Source: Clostridia bacterium (GTDB lineage Bacteria > Bacillota > Clostridia > Oscillospirales > CAG-272). From it: a stretch of DNA of 38,830 nucleotides. Of the stretch, positions 8,600 to 17,283 are shown piece by piece (position 1 is the first letter of the stretch; each line of letters opens with the position of its first letter). The notes beneath the pieces are model-generated. The model saw nothing but the letters and a program-made list of their open reading frames with translations, did not search any database and had not been told where the DNA came from. A program made the position numbers and the translations under genes. The stretch is from NCBI GenBank assembly GCA_024404665.1, contig JAKSPQ010000002.1, positions 1 through 38,830 of the forward strand, written 5' to 3'.

Positions 8600-8649
8600 G
8601 TTGTGTACCTCTTTTCCGCAGCTTTTTATGCTGCTTTTTTATTTTTTTA

Positions 8650-8820
8650 TTTGGTCTGCTTTTAATGGTTGGCTTTTTTCAGAGCCTGCTCTTCTTTCAG
8701 AGCCAGCTCTTTTTCAGAGTTTGATCTTTTTTCAGAGTCAGCTCTTTTTCAAAGTCCGCTCTCATTAATAGTTTGCGCTTTTTAATAGTCCGCATTTTTT
8801 ATGGTCTGTGATTTTAGTGC
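8650..8820. repeat. Degenerate tandem array of about 10 units, each 17-18 bp, with consensus GCTCTTTTTCAGAGYYW.
   Basis: The best-conserved units end at 8684, 8702, 8719, 8737 and 8754 (...ttcagag or ...ttcaaag). Flanking units decay to ...ttaatag, ...ttatgg and ...ttagtg. Each core unit contains the dyad GCTCT-ttttc-AGAGC. Confidence 0.8.
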
Positions 8821-8964
8821 CATGAACTACGGCTGTTTTTTGAAGCTCGGCTCAGACACCCTAAAAACGGATGAAACGTTTTTTCCAGAATCTCCCGAGG
8901 TCTGAAAACGTTTTTTAGGGGCAACAGACGGACTGAAAGCGATCTGAATGTCGTAAAAATTCCT

Positions 8965-9906
8965 TCAGCAATCTATGAAATCGCGGAGAAAATCCGCTAT
9001 GCTTGCGTCGTATTTTTCCTGCTCTGCCTGTCTCACTCTCGAGTGGCCGCCGTGATCGAACCATACCACGCGCTTTTTTGCGGTGCATTTTTCAAAGATT
9101 GCGGAGGATTTCTCGGGGAGAGAATAAATATCCTCCCTGCTGTGAAGGAAAAGAATCGGCTTTTTAAGCTTTTCGATTCTCTTGAGCGGTCCGTTGGATA
9201 TGACTCCTGCGTGAGCTCTCAACGAAATGATTGCCATCACGCCGTAGAGAAGCGGAAAAGTGGGCTTATTCATATCCTTCATGTGATTGCCGAAGGTTTC
9301 GCAGAAGTTTATGTACATGCCTTCCGCCGCCATTCCGTTTATGTAATCGGGACAGCCGGCCGATGTGAGAGCATTCAGAGCATTTGAGGAGCCTATGCAG
9401 ATTCCGTGAATGAATATTTCGCGGTTACCGAGCTTATCGTGAAGCAATTCCGCCCATTTCAGTGTGTCTCTGTATTCGACGAGTCCCACCGAATTGAAGG
9501 TTCCCTCAGAGAGACCGTGAGATCTCTGATCGATAACAAGGACGTTTCTTCCGCATTTTCTGTACGGCTCGGCGAAATAGAGCGAGTAAAGAAGCGATTC
9601 CGTTCTGCCGGGAAGAATAATTACGGCCTTGTCGAAGCCGAAATCGTAATACTCGCCGACAAGCTTAAACCCGTCGTTTTCGATTTCGACGTCGCGCTTT
9701 ACGTCGGCGTGCGCTTTTCCCCAGGCGACGCCGTCCTCGAACATGCGTACCATTACCGGATCTTCCGGAGCAGAGCATTCGCGTCCCCATTTTTCGGGCT
9801 TGTTTCTGACCATGAGGACCGAGTATAGAATGAATGAAAGGAGAACCATCGGAGCTATTCCGAAGATTATTACGGCAAGAATGATTATCGTGACGATCGG
9901 TGGCAT
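8965..9906 (-). CDS. Membrane-anchored alpha/beta hydrolase with Cys at the nucleophile-elbow position.
   Basis: N-terminal TM helix. The oxyanion-region block is AVIILPGRTES. The nucleophile elbow is HGICIGS (G-x-C-x-G). The protein is a paralogue of the hydrolase at 14000-14962. Confidence 0.75.
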   Translation of the reverse strand: MPPIVTIIILAVIIFGIAPMVLLSFILYSVLMVRNKPEKWGRECSAPEDPVMVRMFEDGVAWGKAHADVKRDVEIENDGFKLVGEYYDFGFDKAVIILPGRTESLLYSLYFAEPYRKCGRNVLVIDQRSHGLSEGTFNSVGLVEYRDTLKWAELLHDKLGNREIFIHGICIGSSNALNALTSAGCPDYINGMAAEGMYINFCETFGNHMKDMNKPTFPLLYGVMAIISLRAHAGVISNGPLKRIEKLKKPILFLHSREDIYSLPEKSSAIFEKCTAKKRVVWFDHGGHSRVRQAEQEKYDASIADFLRDFIDC

Positions 9907-9932
9907 CTGTCAGCTGGTCCTTCCTGTGATAA

Positions 9933-11573
9933 TTAAACCGCGCAGATTATGTATCTGTATATTTCCTGGTATCCGTCAAGGAAGGAAATATCCGCGAGCG
10001 GAAATGATGCGGAGACTGTTTCGGCGAGTGCTTCTTTACCTGCCTCGTCAGCGGGCTCGGCGCAGAAGACGATGAAGGTTTCGGCATCGGCGATATCGGG
10101 AAGTCCCGTGAGAGCGATTCCGGCAGCGGCCTCCGGAGTGTCGGCAACTGCGACGATTTCCCCTCCGGATATTGCAATGGCCTTTCCTGCGGAAATTCTG
10201 AAGCCGTGCATTTCGGAATCCCGCGAAGCCGTCGCTATAGCCACGGATTTAACGGTTTCGATTCCCGTCTTCATCTGAGAGATTCTGTAATCGGGGTCGG
10301 TGCTGTCGACAACGTCCATGGCGAGCGCATAGTAGCCCTCCGCCATTCCGGGTGCCTCAAGCACCTCGACTCTTGATTCCTTGTACATTGATGCCGCCTG
10401 TCTTGCCGCAAAGTAAATGTTTTTGCTGCACGGCAGCACAGCTACGGTCTCGGCGTTTGCCAGCTTGAAGGCGGCGATGAATTCCTGCGATGACGTATTC
10501 ATCGTCCTTCCGCCGTCTATTACGATTTCGCAGCCGAGCTCCGAAAAGATTTTTTTCATTCCGTCCCCGTTCACTACTGCGATGCGGGCGAATTTGGAGC
10601 GGGGCTTTTTTGCGGTTTTGGCTATGTGCTCGTTGTGCTGCAGCTGCATGTTGTCGAGCTTGAAGGACAGAAATTCACCGAATTCTCTTGCGAGGGCGAT
10701 TATCCTTTCCGGTCTTTTCGTGTGAACGTGAACCTTTATTCTGGTCCCGTCCTTCACGACCACGAGAGAATCACCGAGCTTCGAGAGCTCGGACGTAAAG
10801 GCATCCTCGCGGAAGCGGTGGTTGTATCCCGCTCCGTTCATGAGCTGAAGGATGAATTCGAGGCAATAGCCGTATTCGAACGTGGAATCCGCATCGAAGA
10901 ACGAGAGGTCCGGCCCCTGCGGCTTTTCGGTCGGAGCGGTCGATTCGGGAGTGGATACGAGCTCTCCCCTGAGGGCTCCGAGCATTCCCTCGGCTATGAC
11001 AATGAAGCCCTTGGCTCCGCTGTCTACGACTCCTGCCTCCTTGAGAACGGGAAGAAGCTCCGGAGTCATGGCGAGGCTTTTCTTCATTTCGGCTATGTAC
11101 ATAGCGAAAATGGAATCGATTGAGGTGTTGCGGTCGAGCTGTGAGCGTATGTGCTCTATGCCCTCTCTGGTAACCGTGAGGATTGTGCCCTCAGCGGGCT
11201 TTAACACCGTTGAATAGGCTGTTTTATATCCTCTGATGAGAGCGTTTCTGAGTTCGGCGGGACCCACCCAGGGTTCGCGGGCGAGCTCCGCGGCAATGCC
11301 CTTGAAAATCTGCGAGAGTATTACTCCGGAATTGCCTCTGGCTCCCAGAAGCATTCCTTCGCTTACGCCCTTCATATATGTGCCCGCATCCGCTGAGGAG
11401 ACTGCTTTTTTCAGTCCGTTTTCGAGCGTCAGGCGCATATTTGTTCCGGTGTCTCCGTCGGGAACCGGAAAAACGTTCAGATCGTTAATCTCGGCTTCAT
11501 GGGTCTTTATGTTCGAAAGACCGCCTGCAAGCATTTTTTCAAGGTCCGTACCGTTGATTTTTCTTATTTTCAC
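9933..11573 (-). CDS. fakA: Fatty acid kinase ATP-binding subunit FakA (DAK2-domain protein, YloV family).
   Basis: 546 aa. The N-terminus MKIRKINGTDLEKMLAGGLSNI...VFPVPDGDTGTNM is the YloV/FakA Dak2 signature. The start codon is GTG. Confidence 0.8.
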   Translation of the reverse strand: MKIRKINGTDLEKMLAGGLSNIKTHEAEINDLNVFPVPDGDTGTNMRLTLENGLKKAVSSADAGTYMKGVSEGMLLGARGNSGVILSQIFKGIAAELAREPWVGPAELRNALIRGYKTAYSTVLKPAEGTILTVTREGIEHIRSQLDRNTSIDSIFAMYIAEMKKSLAMTPELLPVLKEAGVVDSGAKGFIVIAEGMLGALRGELVSTPESTAPTEKPQGPDLSFFDADSTFEYGYCLEFILQLMNGAGYNHRFREDAFTSELSKLGDSLVVVKDGTRIKVHVHTKRPERIIALAREFGEFLSFKLDNMQLQHNEHIAKTAKKPRSKFARIAVVNGDGMKKIFSELGCEIVIDGGRTMNTSSQEFIAAFKLANAETVAVLPCSKNIYFAARQAASMYKESRVEVLEAPGMAEGYYALAMDVVDSTDPDYRISQMKTGIETVKSVAIATASRDSEMHGFRISAGKAIAISGGEIVAVADTPEAAAGIALTGLPDIADAETFIVFCAEPADEAGKEALAETVSASFPLADISFLDGYQEIYRYIICAV

Positions 11574-11643
11574 TGTAAACCGAAGCTTCTTTCAAGTATT
11601 TCTGATTTGTTTCGGGTGCGATGATGATTACGGAATGCCGTCT

Positions 11644-12987
11644 TTACCGGTCGGCCTTTCCCATTTCGGAAACCGATGCCGGCAGCATGAATGACAGAGC
11701 GAAGGAGACAAGGGTGCCTGCCGCGCATATGAGCGTCATATACACAACCGCGCTGACTCCGCCGATTTCGGTTTTCTTGAGAGCCGTGAGGACGAGTCCC
11801 GTCGCGATTCCGGAGGCGATGCCGGAGAAAAGCCCCTGTACCGCAAAGTACATTGCGGAATGAGATATGCCGGTGCGCGCTTCCTCATCGGCGGCGAGCT
11901 GAGCCGGGACCGAGTATGCGACGGCGAACATCGCTCCTATGGCAAAGGAGGAGATGAGGCCTCCCGCAACCGAGCATATTGTTTTTGGCAATCCTGCGGG
12001 CACGAAGTTGCCGATGAAGTACATCATCGTCATTCCGGCCGTGTATGTGAGAAGAATATATCTGAAGGCGAAGGCAAAGCCCTTTTTCTTCAGTATGCGG
12101 TTATAAAGAACAAGGGTGAGCGGAACGGGTGCGAAGGAGCAGGCCATGACGACAATCATGCTCATGCCGACAACGGAGAAGAACTCGTTGATTCCTCCGA
12201 GGAATAGCTGAACTCCGAAGGTCATAAAGGAGTAAACAATCATCCAGAGTATGAAATCACGGTTTCTGAACGTGATCGAGAGCGATTTTACAAGGCCTAC
12301 GGTCTTTTTTTCGCCGGATACTCCGTTTGAATCCCTGTTTGAAGGCTCCTTTATCATAAAGAGCGGAATCAGAACGGTCAGGGAAAGCGGAGCCACTGTG
12401 AGGGCAACCGTCTTTATGTTTACCGAGTTGAGCATCGCTCTCACAACAACATATCCCAGAATGAAATAAACTATGTCAAAGAACGATTTTACGTTGGAAA
12501 TCAGGTTCCTCGCATCGATATTGTCCACGATTTCGGTGAATGTCGCGTAGTACGTCACCATCGTGAGAGTATAAAAGCTGTAAAAAACACAGAGGAGAAC
12601 GCCGTAGTATACCGTATTGAGCAGCGTTGCTCCGTCATTGGGCGCAAAAAGGAACAGGAGATATGCGGCGAGCATCGGAACAAATCCCAGGACAATCGAC
12701 GGACGGCGTCTGCCGAAGCGTGATTTCAGCCTGTCCGTAAAGGAGGCCATGGGAATATCGATGACACCGTCGATGACCTTGGCGACAAAAGCGAAGATCG
12801 CCCAGACACCGGCAATGACGAGATCTTTGCCCGCAAAGGTCTGAAAAGGGACCGCGCTTTCGGAAAAGCCTCCGATTATCAGAGCGCTGCAAAGATAGGA
12901 GTTGAACATTAAACCGAGCATATTGATGCCCATTCCCGCTGCCGCGTAAAGGAACATCTGCCATTTTTCAGTCAGCTTTTTCATCAT
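11644..12987 (-). CDS. MFS-superfamily permease of the GPH (glycoside-pentoside-hexuronide-like) type. Substrate unknown.
   Basis: About 12 TM segments. The loop 2-3 motif is DGVIDIPMASFTDRLKSRFGRRRP (GPH pattern D..D.P.G...DR...R.G+RRP). RBS GGAG. Confidence 0.75.
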   Translation of the reverse strand: MMKKLTEKWQMFLYAAAGMGINMLGLMFNSYLCSALIIGGFSESAVPFQTFAGKDLVIAGVWAIFAFVAKVIDGVIDIPMASFTDRLKSRFGRRRPSIVLGFVPMLAAYLLFLFAPNDGATLLNTVYYGVLLCVFYSFYTLTMVTYYATFTEIVDNIDARNLISNVKSFFDIVYFILGYVVVRAMLNSVNIKTVALTVAPLSLTVLIPLFMIKEPSNRDSNGVSGEKKTVGLVKSLSITFRNRDFILWMIVYSFMTFGVQLFLGGINEFFSVVGMSMIVVMACSFAPVPLTLVLYNRILKKKGFAFAFRYILLTYTAGMTMMYFIGNFVPAGLPKTICSVAGGLISSFAIGAMFAVAYSVPAQLAADEEARTGISHSAMYFAVQGLFSGIASGIATGLVLTALKKTEIGGVSAVVYMTLICAAGTLVSFALSFMLPASVSEMGKADR

Positions 12988-13014
12988 ATTCTCTTTCTCC
13001 GTGCGTCCGGCGCG

Positions 13015-13956
13015 TTATTTTTTGGAAAGAGATGCGGCTATATCCGCAAAGCTTTCCTTTTCGGCGGATAGGTCGGGAGCAATGGCAGTTCCGAAATAGT
13101 AGGAGGCCATGAGGCCGGGACCGATGTTGATTCCGTTGTAGGGATGAACATCGCCGATGATAACCTCGCGGGGCTTGATTCTTTCCTCAATGAGCTTCTT
13201 GTATTCGAGAGCCTGGGGATATCTGCAGGTCTGAGCGATGAAGATGAGCTGCTCCGAGGGATTTACGATGGTTTTTTCCATGTATGCGATCATTGTGGCC
13301 ATGGCAGCCTTGGCGCCCGTTGCCTTTGTGAGGACTGTGGTAAGTCCGTTGGCGCCGAACTCGCCGAGGGGCTTGACGCCCGCAAGAGTGCCGAAGAAGG
13401 CCTTCGCATGTGTGATGCGGCCTTTTTTGGCGACAAAGCTCAGGTCATCGAGCCAGCCGGACTGTCTGAAACAGTTCTTGTTGGCTTCGAGCCATTCGGT
13501 GATTTCCGCGCAGGATTTTCCTTCGTCGCGGAGCTTTGCGGCATAAATCGCAATGAGTCCTACGCAGGGACCGAATCTCAGGGAGTCGACGCAGCCGACG
13601 GAGGCCTCGGGATGTCTTGCGAGTACATTGGCTGCGGCGGCCTTAAGGAAGCCGTAGGAGCCGGAAATTCCGGAGGAGATGGTGACGACTACAACGTCGT
13701 TGCCGGCGGAAACGAGCTCCTCGAGCTTGTTTTCGAATTCCTGAACATTCGGAGGAGACGTCTTGTAATCATCGGGGTGTTTTTTGAGGGCAGCATAGAA
13801 GGCATCGCGTTCTTCGGGCTTCCACTCAAGGAAGGCATCGGCATTGTCGTTGCCGGGAACGCTGATGTGGCCGATGATGATATTAAGGCCGTATTTCTTC
13901 TGAAGCTCCGGCGATAAATCGGAGGATGAGTCGGTGAGAATTGCAACAGGTCTCAT
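13015..13956 (-). CDS. DegV family fatty-acid-binding protein (FakB-type).
   Basis: MRPVAILTDSSSDL...TSPPN...ISSGISGSY matches DegV motifs. I chose the start at 13956. The longer ORF to 14076 would overlap the upstream gene by 77 nt and adds an implausible basic leader. Confidence 0.8.
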   Translation of the reverse strand: MRPVAILTDSSSDLSPELQKKYGLNIIIGHISVPGNDNADAFLEWKPEERDAFYAALKKHPDDYKTSPPNVQEFENKLEELVSAGNDVVVVTISSGISGSYGFLKAAAANVLARHPEASVGCVDSLRFGPCVGLIAIYAAKLRDEGKSCAEITEWLEANKNCFRQSGWLDDLSFVAKKGRITHAKAFFGTLAGVKPLGEFGANGLTTVLTKATGAKAAMATMIAYMEKTIVNPSEQLIFIAQTCRYPQALEYKKLIEERIKPREVIIGDVHPYNGINIGPGLMASYYFGTAIAPDLSAEKESFADIAASLSKK

Positions 13957-13999
13957 TTTTGTTGTCCTTTGTTTTTTATTTTGTTTTCTGAGTAACGCT

Positions 14000-14962
14000 T
14001 TATCTGAACGGACGTGACTCTGCGGTTTGCATTTTTCCGCAGACTGAGCTGTCTGCCGAAAGCAGGGAGGCGGCAAGCTCCTTAATCTGCTCTCCGGAGG
14101 CCAGACAGCTGCAGGCGTGCTCCGCGCCGACAGCGGTGAAAAGGCCGACGGAGCCCGGACAGACCGAGCTCATTTTTTCCACATCACCGTATGAAACGGT
14201 TGTGTCCCTGTCTCCGCACAGGAAAAGTATGGGGGCGCGGGCATTCGAAAGAGGCCCTGTGACTGCCTTTCCGAGATCCTCGCCGGCGAGCAGCTTTCCG
14301 AAGACGAGCGCCGGAGGAATTATGAGAAAGGACGGCAGGTGCATTTTCGCGCACATTCTCTTAAGCTGCGCTTCCGGGGATATGAACGGGCAGTCTATTA
14401 TGAGCGGTATTCCCGCAAGCCTGTCCGACGCGAAAGCTACCGATGTGCCTCCGAGGGAAATGCCGTATACCGCCGCTACTCTGTGCCCCTTTGCTTCAAG
14501 GAGATTTCTCCACGCGACGACGTCGTCGCCCTCACGGATTCCGAGCGTCGTGAAGCGTCCGCCGCTTTTTCCGTGGGCTCTCTGCTCGGGAATCAGCACC
14601 GCATATCCGAGATCCAGGAAGATTCCGGCAGGCGTGCTCACCGAGCATTCCGGATCCGCTCTGTAGCCGTGCATCAGAATGACCGTGTTCGGCCTTCCCG
14701 GCGAGAATAGACGTCCGGAGAGGACCGTGCCGTCCGCGGATACGCATTCGGTATGCTCGCATTCCGTGGCCAGCAGTCGGTCGCGCGCGTCGGATATTTT
14801 GCCGACAAAGGGGGCATAGTAGCTGTTTGCAAGCAGCTCTTCGGAATACTCCCTGTATGAGGACCTTCCGAAAACCGCCATGAACGATATGAATGTGGGT
14901 ATTATCGAGAAAAAAACGAAAAACAGTATTATTGCAGCGAGGGTTATCAGTATGAACTTCAT
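14000..14962 (-). CDS. Membrane-anchored alpha/beta hydrolase (Ser nucleophile).
   Basis: N-terminal TM helix, the block VILMHGYRAD and the nucleophile elbow YGISLGG. Its ATG overlaps the stop of the LRAT-like gene (ATGA). Confidence 0.8.
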   Translation of the reverse strand: MKFILITLAAIILFFVFFSIIPTFISFMAVFGRSSYREYSEELLANSYYAPFVGKISDARDRLLATECEHTECVSADGTVLSGRLFSPGRPNTVILMHGYRADPECSVSTPAGIFLDLGYAVLIPEQRAHGKSGGRFTTLGIREGDDVVAWRNLLEAKGHRVAAVYGISLGGTSVAFASDRLAGIPLIIDCPFISPEAQLKRMCAKMHLPSFLIIPPALVFGKLLAGEDLGKAVTGPLSNARAPILFLCGDRDTTVSYGDVEKMSSVCPGSVGLFTAVGAEHACSCLASGEQIKELAASLLSADSSVCGKMQTAESRPFR

Positions 14963-15438
14963 TTGAGACGCGAATTGTCCTTTCCGCCCGGCTCGGCTGT
15001 TTTCACCGGGATTTTATCGTTTTTGTTTTTTCCTGAGAACAGATGCTCCCAGTGCCTTCTTACTGTTTCCTCTGCGGTGCATTTTGCCTTGCCCATGGCG
15101 CATTCCCAGACAAAATGCTCGCAGTTGTTGTGCAGAAGGCTGTAACCGCCCTCTCCGAGCCTGCTTCGTGCCCGGCTTACGGTTTCTTCGGGGGAAAAGC
15201 GTGATTTGCGCTCTCCCTTTTCGCACACGCCGGTTTCCACGATTTTTCCGGCTGAGAAAACGTCGATGTCGGTCGATATGACCCTGATTTCTGCATCGTC
15301 CCTGAAAAGACCGCCCGTAGGGGGCAGACCGAAGGCGATTACCTCGCTGTCGGAAACAAAGATTCCGTAATGATAAATGCTTCCGATGCGGACTCTTATC
15401 ATGTCTCCTGTCCGGCATTCGCCCGGAATCCATTTCAT
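14959..15438 (-). CDS. LRAT/PLAAT-like (NlpC/P60 superfamily) thiol acyltransferase or phospholipase.
   Basis: GDMIRVRIGSIYHYGIFVSDSEVIAFGLPP and LLHNNCEHFVWEC line up with the vertebrate LRAT blocks GDLIEI...HWAIYVGDGYVIHLAPP and LLVNNCEHFV. Its ATG overlaps the ACP stop (ATGA). Confidence 0.65.
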   Translation of the reverse strand: MKWIPGECRTGDMIRVRIGSIYHYGIFVSDSEVIAFGLPPTGGLFRDDAEIRVISTDIDVFSAGKIVETGVCEKGERKSRFSPEETVSRARSRLGEGGYSLLHNNCEHFVWECAMGKAKCTAEETVRRHWEHLFSGKNKNDKIPVKTAEPGGKDNSRLK

Positions 15439-15686
15439 TTTGTCTTTTCTCCGATGAAGTCCACCACGTCGCCTACGGTAACAAAGCTTCCGAGTCCGAC
15501 GCTGTCGAATCTGATTCCGAACATTTCCTCTATCCCGATGACGGTGTAGAGCATTCCCACCGATGAGAATCCGCAGTCCTCGCGGAGTCTCAGGCCTTCG
15601 TCGAGCTCTCCCTCGAGAAGCCCTGAGTCGGCGTCCGTGAGAGAAAGAATTTCTTTGAGTTTTGCTTTTATTTCCTGTCTTTCCAT
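15435..15686 (-). CDS. Stand-alone acyl or peptidyl carrier protein.
   Basis: 83 aa and acidic, with DCGFSSVGML (the DS-type phosphopantetheine attachment motif) at the expected position. Confidence 0.8.
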   Translation of the reverse strand: MERQEIKAKLKEILSLTDADSGLLEGELDEGLRLREDCGFSSVGMLYTVIGIEEMFGIRFDSVGLGSFVTVGDVVDFIGEKTK

Positions 15687-15703
15687 ATGCGTTACCTCGT
15701 TAA

Positions 15704-17206
15704 TTACTGTTTCTTTCCGTGGCGGAGAATCTTCATTGCGGGAGTACGGGGGAAGTCCGTATCGCGGATGCAGAGTCTGTTGTACCGCTTATATGCGGGA
15801 AGGGAGGCATTGACCTCCTCGATCATGGCTCTGAGCCGACCCGCGCGCTCTTCCTCGGGAAGCTTTCCGAGCTCCGTCATTCTCGGGAGAACCTCGAGAA
15901 CCAGTACGGAGGAGCCGTTTTCGGTTTTGTCCTCATAGAGCTCGCAGTCCTGAACGCAGTTCAGCGCGGAGAAGGAGGCTTCCACCTCGGCGGGAGATAT
16001 GTTTTCGCCGTTCGGAAGAACGATTATTTCTTTGATTCTTCCCGTGATGTAGAGGAAGCCGTCGTCATCGATTCTGACAAGATCACCTGTCCTGAACCAG
16101 CCGTCCGTGTATGCGGCCGAGTTATCGTCGCCGATGTATCCGTCCATCATGTTTTCGCCCTTCAGCCATAGCTCTCCGTCCTCAATTCTGTATTCCATTC
16201 CGGGATACATGATGCCGACGGAATCGGGCTTTTTGAGGCTCTCGGGGTTGCCGGAAACAAGGTTTGCGGATTCGGTGAGACCGTATCCGGGAAGCAGCGT
16301 AATTCCCATCGAAGCGTATTCCCTGATAAGATATGGCGGAACGGCCGCGGCACCGCAGATTATAGTCCTGAGGTCCTGCCCCAGCATGTTTCTTCCGAAT
16401 TTTTTCGAGAGAGTAAGCGCCATTTCGGCGAGCGCCGGAACCATTACCATAATTGTGGGGCGGAAAACGGCTATGTCTCTGAACATATCCTTGTTGCTGC
16501 GGCAGATGAAGAGGGTGCTTCCCGTGTAAAGGGACGTCATGAGGTTTCTGATGAGTCCGAAAACGTGCGAGAAGGGAAGAACAAGAAGATATTTCTGTCC
16601 GAAAACGTCTTTTATTCCGTAGCAGCCGTTAACGGTTCCGCGCATGAACGCTCTGTTCGAGAGAACCGCGCCCTTGCTCTTTCCGGTGGTTCCGCCGGTA
16701 AACATGATTACGGCGGGAACGTCCCCCGGGACGTCGGATGCCGGGACGGGCTCTTTTCCGCTGTCCGCGGCGCTGATGATTTTTACGTTCGGCGCGGCTT
16801 TTGAAAGAACCGACATCCTGTCGGCTGTTTCGTCAGTGTGGACGACGGCGGCGAGCCCCAGCTGCATCGAAAGGCCGTAAACCGCCTCGGCCGGAAGTCC
16901 CGCGGGCATGATGAGGCAGGTTTTTCCGGCGGTTACGGCGGCTATAAAGGCCTTGACGAAGCCGTAGGAGTTCGGCGCGATGATTCCGATTCTTCCTCCG
17001 TCCGGGAGAAGGCCGCGGAACAGGGCGGCATCGCTCTCAAGCTCTGCGAAGGTGTGCGTTTCTCCGCCGTCGTTTATCGCGACGGTATCGGCGTATTCGG
17101 CGGAAACCTTTCTCCACATATCGGAAACCGAAGAACAGGGCTTGATTCTGTCAAAAACCTCGTCCGTCGTGTATTTTCTGAATATTTCTGCTGATGCTGT
17201 TTTCAT
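15704..17206 (-). CDS. AMP-binding (ANL family) acyl-AMP or acyl-carrier ligase.
   Basis: P-loop FTGGTTGKSKGA, GYGLTES, WFRTGD...GRIKE...GENISP and a C-terminal Lys (TPAMKILR). I chose the ATG at 17206 (AGGAG 8 nt upstream) over the longer ORF to 17260. Confidence 0.85.
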   Translation of the reverse strand: MKTASAEIFRKYTTDEVFDRIKPCSSVSDMWRKVSAEYADTVAINDGGETHTFAELESDAALFRGLLPDGGRIGIIAPNSYGFVKAFIAAVTAGKTCLIMPAGLPAEAVYGLSMQLGLAAVVHTDETADRMSVLSKAAPNVKIISAADSGKEPVPASDVPGDVPAVIMFTGGTTGKSKGAVLSNRAFMRGTVNGCYGIKDVFGQKYLLVLPFSHVFGLIRNLMTSLYTGSTLFICRSNKDMFRDIAVFRPTIMVMVPALAEMALTLSKKFGRNMLGQDLRTIICGAAAVPPYLIREYASMGITLLPGYGLTESANLVSGNPESLKKPDSVGIMYPGMEYRIEDGELWLKGENMMDGYIGDDNSAAYTDGWFRTGDLVRIDDDGFLYITGRIKEIIVLPNGENISPAEVEASFSALNCVQDCELYEDKTENGSSVLVLEVLPRMTELGKLPEEERAGRLRAMIEEVNASLPAYKRYNRLCIRDTDFPRTPAMKILRHGKKQ

Positions 17207-17283
17207 ATGCGTAACTCCTGTCAGGATTGGGATTCGGAGAGCCGTCCGAAGAACGGACACCGCCCGCCGTGATTTATTTCGGG

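Noticed and set aside
8650-8820. The possibility that the tandem array is a CRISPR array.
   Set aside because: The units are only 17-18 bp and are contiguous, with no unique spacers. There are no cas genes. The array is a degenerate minisatellite-like repeat, not a CRISPR.
13144-13917. A 257-aa ORF antisense to the DegV gene. Similar long antisense ORFs occur at 6430-7152, 34263-35054 and 37172-38023.
   Set aside because: In every case the opposite strand carries clear family motifs (DegV, ABC, Toprim/GHKL and PHP HxH). These are typical antisense open frames in GC-rich coding DNA.
13957-14076. N-terminal extension of the DegV ORF (353-aa version).
   Set aside because: It would overlap the upstream hydrolase gene by 77 nt. 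The added peptide is basic and has no homology-like features. DegV proteins start at about M-x-x-IAI-TDS, as at 13956.
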